A stretch of DNA of 62,929 nucleotides, filler included, from Sphacelaria rigidula (Eukaryota), in NCBI GenBank assembly GCA_964200075.2. It is 11 parts of 11 records of this genome, joined end to end, with 100 filler letters (N's around TTAATTAATTAA, not from the genome) between each part and the next. Parts side by side here need not be neighbours in the genome. Positions count along the whole stretch, not along the records: positions 45,841 to 51,470 come from CAXNAA020025731.1; positions 51,571 to 57,200 come from CAXNAA020025732.1; positions 57,301 to 62,929 come from CAXNAA020025733.1; 8 more parts are not named here. One strand, given 5' to 3'. Positions within the stretch are counted from its first letter, which is position 1. Each line of letters begins with the position of its first letter. The translations under genes and the position numbers were made by a program. The notes beneath the pieces were generated by a model that was not told the origin of the DNA, made no database searches, and worked only from the letters and a program-made list of their open reading frames with translations. This document shows positions 49,601 to 62,855 of the stretch, piece after piece.

Positions 49601-51570
49601 TGGGAGGCACGCACGTCGCTGTGCTGACATTCTTCGAACTGCTACTGCTGATTCAGCTACGATGCATATGCCCTGCCCTCAGCCTACCCGAGCCCTGACT
49701 CCCGGAAAGCTGCAACCCGTCGTATCTTTCAGAATAGACAAGATCGCTGCCTCCAAGAATCATTCCTCCTTTCATCCCCTGTGACCCCCCAAACACTGCA
49801 TAATTCTCAAAATTTGCTCATGCCACCCACCTTGACTGTACTTGTCCTGCATATACCTCTGAAACATGCCCCCTTCGCATTACGTTTCGCTCGAGTAACG
49901 TGACTGCATGGAAATTCCCACTGTCTGAAGTCAGTACACGGTTGTGTAATGTTCGGTGCTGTCCCGATACCTCGATACGCACCGCAACGCTCTGATGAAC
50001 AGCCGCCAATCATATTTCTCCTAAATGCGGCGCAATTACTCGTGTTGCTCCGCCTGGACGCTTCAGCATCTTCGTTCACTCTACATTACGTCGATACCTG
50101 TCATCAGTACGTGTCCGAGCGGTGACCTGCGTTAAGGGCTGACATCAAGAAGGGGTGGTCGTGGTGACAACTCTCGGCTTATATGCACTTTTTTTAAGAT
50201 CGGATGCGTGTGGAACGGTCTGCGAACTTTCCGTTCAGCTGTCATGGGGTGAGAGACGTATAGTCTTTGAGTGTTGTGCCATCGATGCAGTGCCTTGCCG
50301 TTGTACGGTACAACTAATAGCTAATTGTACTGTATAGCTCATATCAAACGCCAAGTAAACAGGGAATAGAGCTAGTTGTTCAGTCGTTTGCACGACGGAT
50401 CACGCTATGTCGTCTGCCACCGCACAAGCACTGAACATCACTTATCGTACGTGACGATGTATAGCACCCCCTCCAACCTGGCAAACACGGAGTTTTCAAC
50501 CGTAATCTAGCTAAACCTGTAACGCCTACTCCAATCTAATATTGAAAAGTCAGAACCATTCACATAATATCTTGGGATGCCAGCAATATCTCGGGAGTAC
50601 AGCCTTTTTTCTCCACAAAGCTAAGTATGCAAAGGTTGTGTTCCGAAGGGTGTTACCCCCGTTCCCTACGGCACAGTACTGTAGGGCATGGTACTGTTCA
50701 ATTTTCATTTTATGAGTACAAAGTACCCTTGCATTCGACCGCACTTACCCACATTCACTTACCTTGCATGACATGTGTGATGCTACTGCTGGCGTGTCAG
50801 CGTGGATATGGACTTGCTCTGCAGCTAGCTATGTACTGGTACGCGCTTTACATTGAAGCGTGACGCACGCATGTTGTATTTTTCCCCTATGTGTATGTTG
50901 TATTTTTTCAGACAGAATGAAACAACTGATGTGAAGAAGCAAAAATTGTGGTACAAGCTTTTGTGGGCGCAGCCCGTGGACTGAACAAAGATGAATGCAC
51001 GTACGAGCTTCGCCAGTCTAAAAACGGATTTATGCTCTAAAAGCAATTTCTCATCGATACAGACGACTTGGGCCGTGATCCGCATATCGCATTGATCGTT
51101 CGACCAAGGGGAAGGTGCCCATCTGCTCGAAAGTTTGGGCCCATATTTTTTCGTTGATTAAACCACATGTCTAGTAATTCCTATACCTAACGGAGATGGC
51201 GTCCGTACTAAAATCTCTATGAAACCCCCGATCGATGCATTTAGCGGATGACGACAAATTTTGTTGTGGACATTCCCTGGAGCACGGGGAGACGATAGAT
51301 ACCCTCACCTTCACCTACTTCGTTATCTATCTCGAGATATGGCGCACATAATTTTTCATACTAAAATCAATATATTACGAGCAGAGGCACTAGATGCTTT
51401 AAATCTGGATATCGCGTCTCAGTTTATGAGAGTTGTGGCGAAATCACGCCGACACGATTGAGTATATAGTNNNNNNNNNNNNNNNNNNNNNNNNNNNNNN
51501 NNNNNNNNNNNNNNTTAATTAATTAANNNNNNNNNNNNNNNNNNNNNNNNNNNNNNNNNNNNNNNNNNNN

Positions 51571-51751
51571 GGACCGCGTCGTAGTTCGAAACACCTCAGG
51601 ATCGACGTTTTTCAAAACCAATCGAGCCAGTCCCTGCAGGGACCACGCCCCTAACCCTAACCCCAACAATAACCTTAAGCCGAACCCGAACCATAGGGAT
51701 GTCCATATTCCGATGCGGTCCTCTAAGCACGCGGTCCCCTCACGCATTACA
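51571..51751 (-). mobile_element. Telomeric-array MITE, copy 5 (cut by the contig start)
   Basis: CCCTAACCCTAACCCCAAC array and terminal GCGGTCCTCTAAGCACGCGGTCCCCTCACGCATTACA. Confidence 0.88.
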
Positions 51752-51899
51752 CCGTAACCTGTTCCATTTTATCGAATTCACATCCGACCTAGTCAAGCCT
51801 GACCAGACCCGCAACTATACGGGTCCGGATTTGTTCATAAGCGCCGTCTAGCCTCATGAGACTAGCCTATCCCGACGAACCTTTATTACAGTTGCGATG

Positions 51900-52680
51900 A
51901 GTGGTCTCAGAAGGCAACGGAAATCGAGGTTTTTCTCCACGTAAAGTCGTGAACGGGAAGGAAGGCGAACTCAGCGAACTCAAATGCTGCAACAACACTC
52001 GGCCGTGGTGGCTGAGAAATAAGGTACACCCCAGACCAGGAGGGCAACATCCACTCCGTTGCCCGGTCCTTCCACACCTCAAACAAGAGAAGCAGAATCT
52101 GCTACCGAAAAAGCGCAAGTGCACTCGAAGACGCAGGAGCACACAATGCTGGCGCGGGCTAGCGAACTTGAACGGAAGAACACAAAAATACTTCGAGACG
52201 CTAGCCAAAGTAAAGAGGCAAAAGGGAAGACACACCAGGGACACAACGTCTACGTTGGTGATACCGAACTCAACCGTCGAAAGGTCAATCACATGCGACG
52301 AGCGCATGGTGACCGAGGAAAGAAAGGAATTAGCAACTCAAAGACTGCAAAAGGTCCGGCGCCAGTATCAAATCAAGAGCGAGAATACGAAAAGCTCCAG
52401 TAGCCGAGGATGAAGGGACTCCAGGAAAGTTCCATTCGTGGTCCGTTGTTGTGCGTCGAAGGAGCTCCAGTTGTAGGCTGTTGAAGAAGTCGGTGGGTGG
52501 CACTGGTGTGTCCTGAATAATGAAAGCAGGGGGAAATATCTAACCGACAAGGGAAGGAGGAAAAAAGGGAAATGTTGTGCATTGACAACCAGGAGATCTG
52601 TGGAAGTTCAAAGCGGTGCGTTGGCATCATGTGTGCGATCGATGTTATGTTGGATTCCGCGGCGGTGGCCTTCGGACTTG
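51900..52680 (+). mobile_element. Possible gag/protease remnant of an LTR element
   Basis: Degenerate zinc-knuckle-like HPLRCP and protease-like VMLDSAA. Heavily decayed. Confidence 0.35.
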
Positions 52681-52689
52681 AGTCGCTGT

Positions 52690-55280
52690 AGACACCAAGA
52701 TCCTCGTGGTGCGGATGGGCTGATGTTATCAAGCTCTGGGCGGAGCTTCAGCTGCACGGGTCCGGGGTCATCGATGAAGCGCACAGTGTATGTGTCAGGC
52801 GCGGTCAGGTCTGTGGAGTGGGTCTAGCCCAGCCACCAGAGGTTGTCGCTGCCTTCGTACCACGGGTAGGCGCTTTTTGAGAGGACTTCATGTTTCGCGT
52901 GGATGTTTTCTTCCCAATGCTTGGTGGCTACCAATTCATAGCCATCGGCGGCAAAGCGCGAACCTTAGTCACGGTGAAGCTCGCGTGCTGCTGCGCCGCG
53001 GCGCATGTTGCGATATTGCTTGTCGTTAGCAAGATGTTGCTGCTGAGGTTGTGCCCAGTGCAGGAGAAGAGCTCGACGCCGCAGCTGAAGGTCGGATTCG
53101 CATTCCCAGGACGCTCTCCGAAGGCCTTGCCAATGAGTTTTGTACATAACAGCAATCTTACTTCCTCGACCGCGGGTGATCTGGTGACCAGAGATACGGG
53201 ACGCAGCGAGGCGAAGGGGTTGTTCCGTCACGTCATCCGTAGTAACGTGATCAGGCGGTGGCTTGGTCGAATAGCTGTAGAGCACGTATGGCGTAAAATC
53301 GTCAGGCAGATATTTGGGCATGTCGCTAGTGTCATGCGGATTTGTGCAAGGTTTACAACGGTGCACAGAGGCACGAGATTCGGCGATATGTCCCTGAAGA
53401 TCGCGAGGAAGATCGACGTGAAGAAGGTTTTCACCAACAGGGTCGCCATCAGGTGACGATGGCGAGGGCCCTACGGTCAGAATCTTGAATGGCTCTGTCC
53501 ATTTAAGGGATAGCTTAGTCTTCGAGACTGCCTCGTTAGCGGCTCTGTCGGCGCCTTGGCGGATGGTCGAAAAACAGTTGTAAACCCAGAGCCAATTGCC
53601 AACCTTCCAAGTAGGGCGTTTGAGCATCAAATTGTAGAGAGCATTGTTAGATTTCTCAAGGCGCAAAGCGTTGATAGCGTGTTGTTCACGCACGGGAGTG
53701 AAAGCTTTGCGCTGGCGTCCACGCGCCAGGTCATGGTAAGATATCTGATTCTGATACAAGCCTCGGTGGCCATCGAAGGTGTGTCGTTCAAACACGCGGT
53801 GATGGGCAGACGGGGGTAGCGGCCGAGATGTAACTCGTTCGGAGAGAGACCGGTAGCAGCGTTGACCGAGTTGTTGTAAGACAGTATGACATGAGAAAGA
53901 TGGAGATCCCAATCGTTTTGACGATCGTTGACTACCATAGATGGCATTTGGGTCATGGTGTGGTTAAGGCTCTCAGTACCACCGTTACCTTCGGGGTGGT
54001 AAGCGCTCTTGGCTATCTTGCGAGTGCCCAGGAACACATACAGTTCGTCCGAGAGATCGGAGCAAAATTGCTGACCAGTGTCGTAGAGAAGCCATTTCGG
54101 ACAAATATTGTACTTGATATGGTCGTGAACTAAGATGTTAGCTATGCCCGCCGCTGTGAAGTCTCCAGCGGTGAATGTGTACATGGATGAATGGCGGCTG
54201 AAGCGGTCGGTGAAGAGTACGATGTAGGTGTTGCCACGGTCAGTGATCGGTAAAGGACAGAAATAGTCGAGAGACACGAGGTGACTAGGAGCGTTGGGAA
54301 GTGCCATCGAAATGACTGGCCAACGTATTGTCTGCCGTGAGGTTTTGCGAGCTTGATACTTGAAGTAGCGCCGAATCCAGAAGCGGGTGGAAACTTCCAT
54401 ATCGGTCCACCAGGAGAAACGTTCGAGTAACGCTACTGTGCGGGTGACACCAGGGTGCCAAGATAGGCCAGTGTGGCAGCCTTTCATTACCCACGGTCGC
54501 ATCAAAAATGGGACTTATATCCGGGTGGGTTCATCGTCGAGTAGGCGTGCATGACGTCCAATGGTCGCGGGTGAAGTTACACACGGCTGGGGCGTAGGGC
54601 GGCGGACAAGCAGTTGGATACCGTCATCAGCTGTCATGATAGTACCTTTACGTGCGAGTTCGTACACCTCAGAGGCGCTTGGTGGTAGCAGTGTACCAAC
54701 CGGGGCCAGAATATTGGCCGGGATAGGGGCAGGGCAGCCAGCATGGAGGTACCGCATGGTTGCAAGGCATAATGGTTCTGCTTGTTTTTCACGAGCCCAA
54801 TCACGGCGGGAGGTACTGGCGAGGAACTCGCGCAGTTGGCCTTCCGCCGGAGAGCCGACCAGACATGGTGGCTCCGGAAGCGGTGGAACAGGCGACGGGG
54901 CGGAGGTGCCAACGTCGACATGTACATCGGAATCATCAGAAGGGGTGGGCACTGACGGTGCCGCGGAAGGCGGCGTTGTCGAAGTAGTGCGCGCCGGAGA
55001 GCGTGCTCGGCGCTTGTTGTGAGAATTGCGCGTGGCGGGTGTTGTCAAGGCTCGTGGTGTGCTGTTGGGGGGAGCCGGTGCTACGCTGCTCGTGGGAGCA
55101 GTAGGTGCTGTCGGTGGCGGCGGGGCGCGGGGAGGGTTGGCGCGGGCAGCAGACCGAGAGCGCGTATTGTCGGAAATGAGATGGACAGCTGGAGGTGGCG
55201 GAACTGGAGCATTTGCGCGGGGGCCGATAGTGCGGAAATCGACAAAATCGTCGTTTGTGGACTTTAGCCCATCCAGTCTC
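52690..55280 (-). mobile_element. Degenerate Ty3/gypsy pol 3' part: integrase plus chromodomain-like C-terminus
   Basis: CH...HPGVTRT...WW, VSLDYFCPLP..GNTYIVLFTDRFSR, SAYHPEGNGGTE, KWTEPFKI (GPY/F-like), YKTHWQG...SWECESDL. Confidence 0.92.
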
Positions 55281-55282
55281 AT

Positions 55283-57002
55283 TATATGAGTTCTACTCTC
55301 TGTGGCTTCGCCGCTACTGGTACACCTGGCTCTTCTTCCTGGCAGGTCCAGGTCCCCCACACGGATTGGCATTTTCAACTTTTTTCGTAGTTCATTGGGC
55401 CTGGTAAGGAATAGCAGGGACGGTATTGGAAAGGCGAGCCTACGTCTGTGACCACGGGTTCGCGAGATCGGACTAATGTGCGGAAATAATAATAATAATA
55501 ATAATAATTGGGCCGTGCAGATATGTTTTGATCCCCATCCCCCCTCTCTCAACTCCCGTACATCTTCAGGTATCCTTCCTCGTCCACTTTCCGTCATAAC
55601 AAACGCTTGTTTTTCTCATTTCCAACATGTGTCTTACTTTTGTCTTGTACCCGTAACATTTCTCCTGTATCTTTCCATACTTCCTCGACTATGCTATCCC
55701 ACCTTTTTCCAGCCTATACGTTCCTTACTTTCTTCCGTGCAGCTCTCTCAACTATGGCTGGCAACCTCTTTCTCGACACGTTCCTTACGTCATATTGCCA
55801 TGACAATTTTCTCAGAGCCAGTTTAATTCAAGAGGGTATATTCTCAATTTTGCTCTCAATACTGTATTACTCGTCGTTTTGAGCTTCGAAGAATTTTCTT
55901 CCCAGCTGCCATCTGTATTGGTTCCAGCTGCTCCACCAACGTCGTGTTCCCTTCCCATGCTTCCACATGTTCTAGCTTAGATACAATCGCATTCAGAATA
56001 TATATATATTAATCCAAGTACCAAGGTGCGAGTCTCTGAGGGTCACGTTCATCTTGCCTATCTGCGCCTTGCCCTTGGCTATTACTTCATCTGTGTGTGC
56101 ATCCCGGCAACAAGTTTTCGAAATTTCTACGCCAAGGTATGTATACTGGTCTACGATCGGCAACTTATTTTCTCCCCACTTCCATTTGAACTCTACCGGG
56201 TTCTTCTTATCTTCGTTACATACCAGTACCGCACATTTGTCAACGTTCGTTGTCACTCCCCATTTCATAGTATATTTTAGCGCCTTCTCTATTTGTTTTT
56301 GTGATCCTTCTGGTATTTCTGCTATCTCCACGAAATCGTGCACGAACATTAATCCTGATACCGCATCTTCCCCCACCCTGACCCCTTGCTTCGCTGCCCT
56401 TATTACTACAGTCATGTCGTTAAAAAATACTTGAATAAAGTAGGTGGAAACGCACACCCTTGTGCAAGTCCTTGTCAAGTATCGACGTATTAGGATATTG
56501 CCCCGTCTAGCATCATAGCATTTTTCGCTCACTTTGTCATCTTTTTCACCGTTCTCCACATATTTCCTCTGATCCTAGTTCCCTACATCTTTTCCCACAC
56601 CCTGTTTTTCCATACTGTGTCATGGGCTTTTTGTATGTGTAAAAATAAGCAGTACGTTGTCAGCACGGCGTCTTTCCTACCTTGAATAATCTCAGCCAAT
56701 GTGTACATATGGTCTACGCAGCCACGGCTTGGCCTAAACCCTACCTGTCTTCTCCAGCATCGCTCCCACTCTATCGTTCAGAATCTTACAGAATATTTTC
56801 CCTACCGTGCTCAGTAGCGTTATCCCTATATAATTCCCTGGATCAGCCTTGTCTCCTTCATTGGAAAGGCTTACGACCACCACTCTGGGTATGTACTCGT
56901 TTTCCCAGATCTAATTATACAACATACCCATCATGGTAACCATTCCCTCTCCCCCGTACTTCATCAATTCATTAATCATTTCGTCTGCCCCTGCCGACTT
57001 TC
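55283..57002 (-). mobile_element. LINE RT fragment (inverted relative to the adjacent 3' end), with a small insertion at ~55410-55560
   Basis: AGADEMINELMKYGGEG, GLMFVHD (degenerate FADD), QYTYLGVEI and RVGDLDLP..ESRTHI. Confidence 0.9.
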
Positions 57003-57200
57003 AGATAGCATGAAATCGTTTGATGCATTAGACAGTAGGGAGAGAACGATGGCTATACTACTAGGAGATCGATGGTGGCCACAGACGGCGAAACAGGACG
57101 GGGATAAGATATGTAAAAGGTTCTCGTGTAATGTACGGAAGAAACGTAATGAGCGCCGGAATGTTGGAGGTGGCTCTATCAGGAGTAGGAACGGTGCTCC
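57003..57200 (+). mobile_element. Probable C-terminal ORF part of the LINE
   Basis: AILLGDRWWPQTAKQ...SIRSRNGA continues in frame into the KGCVVNGQ..ASNK* ends seen at 5731 and 62929. Confidence 0.65.
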
Positions 57201-58672
57201 NNNNNNNNNNNNNNNNNNNNNNNNNNNNNNNNNNNNNNNNNNNNTTAATTAATTAANNNNNNNNNNNNNNNNNNNNNNNNNNNNNNNNNNNNNNNNNNNN
57301 ACACCACCCGCGAGAGGGTAGGACCGTCCCCCACCCCGGGGACCCCTCTTTTTTGTGGAAACAAGCCCCCCCCCCCCCCCCCCATCGTAGCATCACTCAA
57401 CCCTACCCGTAAACTTCAGCAGCGGGGTTTGAGCAAGTCGGGGAATTCGAGTATTGTTATGGTTACGCGAACTCACCTTGTTAGTTGCACTAGTAAAACC
57501 CTAACCGTACCTGTAAACTTAGAAGATGTGGTCACTTGCAATTATCGATGAGGAGGGTCGGGAAGGTCGACGAATGTGAGTATTCCGTGTCCGCCCTGTC
57601 GAACCCTGGAGGTTCGTAGTGCCGAACTGTGGCCCTCACGAGTGGGTCCTCTCCGGTCACGGCGTTTTCATATACGACAAGGGCCTTACATATATTTGCG
57701 AGCAACTTTTGTTCAGGGTGTGAACATCCGAGACAAAGAAAAGGTGACGAAGTTTTGGCCGTCGCTGTGTTTTCCCTTGTTCAGTGTTTTGATTGATTGA
57801 TTGTCGCACTTTAACTGACCCCCAAGAGATCCAGCCGTGGTCTCACGATGGACGTACCCAACAAAAACGAAACTGAAAACATGCTCTGAAAAAAAAAAAG
57901 AACAGGAACGGAAAAAAAAAAAGACGGACAGAACGACAAAGCAGAACAAGACAAAAAACAAAAAGAAAAAAAAAAAAAAAAAAAAAAAAAGAACCCGAAA
58001 AAATGGCCGACCTAAAACCAAAAAAAAGGAAAATAAGACGAATGCAAATAATATGCATCCGTTTCGCGAACATGCTCGTTTTTTGGTCACATTGATGCAC
58101 TACTAAATGCCCCCCCCCCCCCCGAGGTCATTCGAGGGCCTCGCGCGCGGCGTGATATTGAGCGTTAAAAACAATCCAAGAAGTTTGACACAAAAATTGT
58201 GCAACTCAAGCCAAAAAAACGTGGAGATTGGACTGATTGGTTGTCACATATTAACTGATACCCGAGGTATCCAGCCATGGTCACACAATGGGCATACCGA
58301 AGGTGAATAAAACAGGGCCCCTCACTTGGATCACGATGTTTACAGTGTCTCTGAAGTCATAACTGGTATGCTACGTCGAGACGGAGGGGATATGTTGTGA
58401 AAACAGAGTGGAGTAGAGGGATTATTGATGATGACGTTTTCATGGAAAAAAAGGAAAGGAAAATGAATTCTTGTGCGGCGGACTGTGTATAGATGCAGAA
58501 ACGCTACAATACAAGATCCTCACCGTGTGTGACGCAACCATGCCGATTTTTTGCCGGCTTCAAGTGTTTCGTTGAGTGTTGTAATTGAAAATACCCGCAA
58601 GAGCCCCTGAGATTTTTGCAGTGAGCCCAGGTTCACCGGGAAACTTAAAATAAAACGCGCAATAAGAGCACC

Positions 58673-59400
58673 TGTGGAGATCGCCATTTGGGCATGTGCG
58701 AAAATTTATTGGTTAGTGTTTCTCAACACCCAGTATAGAGGATATGACGCGTTCAACTCCAGGCTACTATAAAAGTATCTCAGAAGCACACACAAATTAG
58801 ACTCCCAAAAATTATCATTCTCCCGAATGCCCGCCACGAGCCTTTACAGATGGCCTCGCGGCGCATCAAAGGGGGGGGTGATGTGGAGATCGCCATTTGG
58901 GCATGTGCGGAGAGATTTCCTTTTATGACGTGTAACCTAGTGAACGGCTGTTACAGGGGTAAGTTCGCAGGAGCCCCGAAACTTCCATATCTGTACAGCC
59001 GGATCTGGGACCCCAAGGTAACAGGGATCTTCCCAGCGAACTGCTGGCTATCCCTGGGGATCACTCTTGACCAAGACTCTCAGACTTCGTCATCGGGCTA
59101 ACTCGCTCGCGCTCGTCGAGCTTTCCCGAGTGATCCACTTTGCCTCAACCCCACGACTTACGGTCAATCCTTGACTAGATAACCCGAGGGAAATCATCGG
59201 CCACCTTCGACGGTTTCTACCGTCACCGGGAGTCTCACGACTTCCACATTGGCGAACACCAGTTTCAGACAAGTGTGCGAGACCCTCGGATTTTTGCATA
59301 TATATGTGTGTGTTTATACCAACAGTGCCTTAGTGCTTCCGCGTGTCATAAGAAGCATCTCACGAAGAACCACACCACACTCTATAAACAACTGTATACA
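58673..59400 (+). mobile_element. Possible miniature LTR element (TRIM-like)
   Basis: TGTGGAGATCGCCATTTGGGCATGTGCG occurs at 58673 and 58882. TTACA-GA-TGG and AAAGGGGGGGG lie between the two copies. Confidence 0.5.
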
Positions 59401-59776
59401 TAAGAGGAAACCGGTGTCACCGATTCTTGAGGGACAAGAATGACCGACGGACACGGTGACACTCACAGCAGGACAGGCTCTAGGGTTGGATGACCCGGAC
59501 GAGAACGAATTGGTTGGGTTTCGAAATTTCCTTTAATACACAATGTTGACGGTTGTACGTGTTCACCCACCTCCTTCTCTCTTTGTTCCTCTTTTGTTTT
59601 GGCATCCTTCTCGAGTCCACTCCATCACATCGATCGCTATCGTCTCTTTACCTCGGTTGCATCTATCCGGTTACCACGGCTGGGTACGTATAATAGCTGA
59701 TCGGTCAATTTTGCGACAACCAATCACTCACTCAATCGGTAGAACTGCACTGCAACAGCACGCATTTACGTATGCC

Positions 59777-60133
59777 GCCGGTCGCCCCGGTGGCTAAGTT
59801 GGTAACCTCGAAAGCTTCCGACGGTTGGGTCGTGGGTTCAAATCTCGGAGCGATGTGGGATTTCTTCTCACGCAATGCCCAACAGTGGAGAGCGACTATG
59901 TCGTGGGTACACAAAATCGACGTAATGGTCGACGAGGGAAAGGTACTGCTAAACCCCTCTCGCGATAAAAAAATAAAGACACGCACCGTAGAAGGAAGAT
60001 GGAGAACCAAAAACAAACAAGAAAGAAATAAACTCCTGTGTTGGCCCTTTTCCTATGTAACCTCGGCTGGTGCGCCCACATATATCGGAAGGTGTAGACC
60101 GGCGTCCAGAATGGATGGGAAGACAACACACAC
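59777..60133 (+). mobile_element. tRNA-derived SINE family A, copy 2
   Basis: Homologous to 18547-18923. Possible TSD CGTATG at 59769-59774 and 60135-60140. Confidence 0.9.
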
Positions 60134-60399
60134 CCGTATGTAGATAGGGTACAACGTTGTCCCCAAAAGAAGGTACCATTTCGATACACAAACACAGTAT
60201 AAATATGATTACATCACGATAGAATAGGGTAATGACGAAAACACGAGCAGGAGACAGAATGCACGTGCCCCAAGCTTTTAGTGGCTTGCCAGGGATACCT
60301 TGCGCCGTTCTTCCGAAGTCCGCTGGACGAATGATTTACCCACGAGATGTCGCCCGTTGCTGTACCGTGTGTGTATGAATGTGCCGTTGTGTCAAAAAG

Positions 60400-60544
60400 G
60401 CTGGAGGGGCGGAAGGTGGCTTCAGCTACAGAAGCGCACGAAGGGGTGGTGTACGCCATGTACGCGTACCCTGCCTCAGACGGTACAGGCACAAACCTCG
60501 TCACCGGAGGCAGCGACGGCAAAGTTAAGACCTGGGATTTCGAG
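60400..60544 (+). CDS. WD40-repeat exon, EML/EMAP-like
   Basis: EAHEGVVYAM...LVTGGSDGKVKTWDFE. AAG| and |GTGAGG boundaries. Confidence 0.85.
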
Positions 60545-60607
60545 GTGAGGGTAGAAACGTTCGGAAAATGGTGGTCGAGACGAAGGGCATCGTACAACAA
60601 AAACACA

Positions 60608-60748
60608 CCGAACCCGAGCTGGATGGTAACGGTTCCTTTTAGGATTTTTGTGTCTTGAGTTTCAAAGCAAAATCGACATCCGAACCCAATCTGGATGGCA
60701 ACGGTTCCTTTCACGTTTTTTGTGTGTTCAAAGCGAAATCGACATCCG
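60608..60748. repeat. Two-unit tandem repeat (~70 bp) in the intron
   Basis: CCGAACCC...CTGGATGG.AACGGTTCCTTT...TTCAAAGC.AAATCGACAT occurs twice. Confidence 0.8.
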
Positions 60749-62855
60749 GTATGAATCGGCGCGCACGATCGGTCGGAAAAGGGGACCACGAGTTTCGCGG
60801 AACATTTCCCATACACCTGCTGGTTTCCTCCCCCCCAAGCATACGCACATGAAATTAAAAAAAAGACTCAGTTTTACCGATGGTTATTTCTCAGATGTTT
60901 GACGAATTTCCTGCGTTTTTGTACGTTACTTTGAAGCGGTCCGAGCTCATCACCGCCATATTTTAGTTGGAAGAACAAGAAGAGTTGAGGGCATGTGCTT
61001 TGTTAGGGGAAGGTCGCCACGGCTCCCAACGACTCTTACAAGAAATCTTTGACGACAGAGAGACAATGGTACAGAGATTAAGTATGTCCACAGACAATGA
61101 GAGGTGAGGAAGCCGAACAACAACATAACCACGTCCGCCTACCCGCTGTTCATCCAACTACTCGGCTACAGAGAGAACGTTTAAATGAACTAGATTTATC
61201 ATCTGCCTGGCCCTGTTTACATCAAAGCACAGCTCCGTGAGAGTTTACCTCCAGGTGATCACACGCATGCGCGAGGTACCGTATCTGTTTTTTCCACCCC
61301 CCTTTCAAGTCCTTCCGTTTCTCGAGACGACTCCGTGTTCCCAAGTGATTGATCATATTTCCCCCGGTGCGCGCCTTGACCTTCGGTATCGCCGATTTGA
61401 TCAGCATTCCCACACAGCGTCAACTCTCGTAACAAAAACGTTCCGTGCTGCCCACGTCCTCATATTTCAACGATGGTGATTACATACTTCTCGGGAGAAC
61501 AACAAGATGCATCTGACTGGATTAGAACTCGCATTCTTCTGTCTTAACTGGTTTCAGTGGTACTGTACTACTTTTTTGGTTTACACCACTGGTTGCAGCG
61601 GCATGGGTACTCTAGCCCAATAAACCCGCCTCATGTTTCTTTCACTTAGACAAGGGCTACGCTTGGCGACCAAGCTGACGAAAATAGGAAACTCGACAGG
61701 GCTTTCAGGATTTGGGAAGCAATGCATAGGTCTATACGTCCACTTATATATATATATATATGAAAAATAATAGGATTTTCGTAATTATAAAAAACGCAGC
61801 CTGAAAAACAAAATATCGAAAATACCATAAACCAAGACATTTACCAGAAGCATCAATTGAAATACATAATGAGGAAAACACCACTTTCCTTCTGAGGGCC
61901 TTCTGAAATGGGCCTGTTGAAGGACCGTTGTATGTACGTCTTCAGCGTGTTTTTGTTTTGTTTTTGTTTTCTCCACTTTTCCGCTTCCTGCGATCCACCT
62001 CTCTTGGCGGTAGCAGGCCGAGAAAAAAAATCGGAACAACGCCAAAAAATGTGATCGATGGATCAATTGATTGATTGATTGTCGCACTTCAGCTGACCCC
62101 CAAGGGGTCATGATCCAGCCGTGGTGACATGATAGATGTACGTACCCGAGACAAAACAAAACTGAAACACTAGAATGTGCAGACGGAAAACGTGTACCAA
62201 TGGGAAGAAGACTCTCGAAATGTAATGTAGAAACAACGTGGATAAGCTCGAAACGCCTAGAACAACCGTCGTACTTGTATGTACGGACGATCAGTGCACA
62301 GTGTAGTCCCACGGCAACGAACGTGGTCAAGAAAATCCGTGGGTGACGGCCATGCTCTAGGACACCACCTAGCTGCAAGGTATCGCGCAGAAGTTTTCGC
62401 CGTTCTTGATTGCGCACGCACACTCGGCCCGTAGTCATACCCTTACCTGTGAGTCATGCGTGGATTGACGTGGACAAAAATTCGCACATCTGAATACCTT
62501 AGTGGCGACGCCCGCTCTAGCATCACTGTGACCAGGTCCATCAGTGTATCACGCTTCAGTATATCACGAAACCAAAATGAAAGGGTGTGTGCCGGGGGAG
62601 ATGGACAAATCCCTCGACAGCACGACAGCACGATAGCACGATACCACGGACTCATCCCGAGGAAGAAGGGAAATCACAAGTTTAACCATGAAAACAACAA
62701 ACGCGAAGCACCGTCGTGTCGCGTTGCGATGCGTGTTCCATCTGTTTGGAGCTGATCTCAACACCGCATAGCACGAAGAGTAAAACACAGCACAGTTGCA
62801 GTATTCAAGGAAAAACAATATTTTGCGGGGAAACATGGTACGATGGAAATCATCC

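Noticed and set aside
54515..55597. 360-aa ORF as a novel fusion protein
   Set aside because: It is an accidental read-through across an AAT microsatellite, a LINE fragment and the gypsy pol linker.
57837..58106. Lys-rich or Phe-rich ORFs
   Set aside because: They are translations of an A-rich low-complexity tract.
61233..61275. Short exon following the WD40 exon
   Set aside because: The splice signals are plausible, but the peptide LRESLPPGDHTHAR gives no family support.
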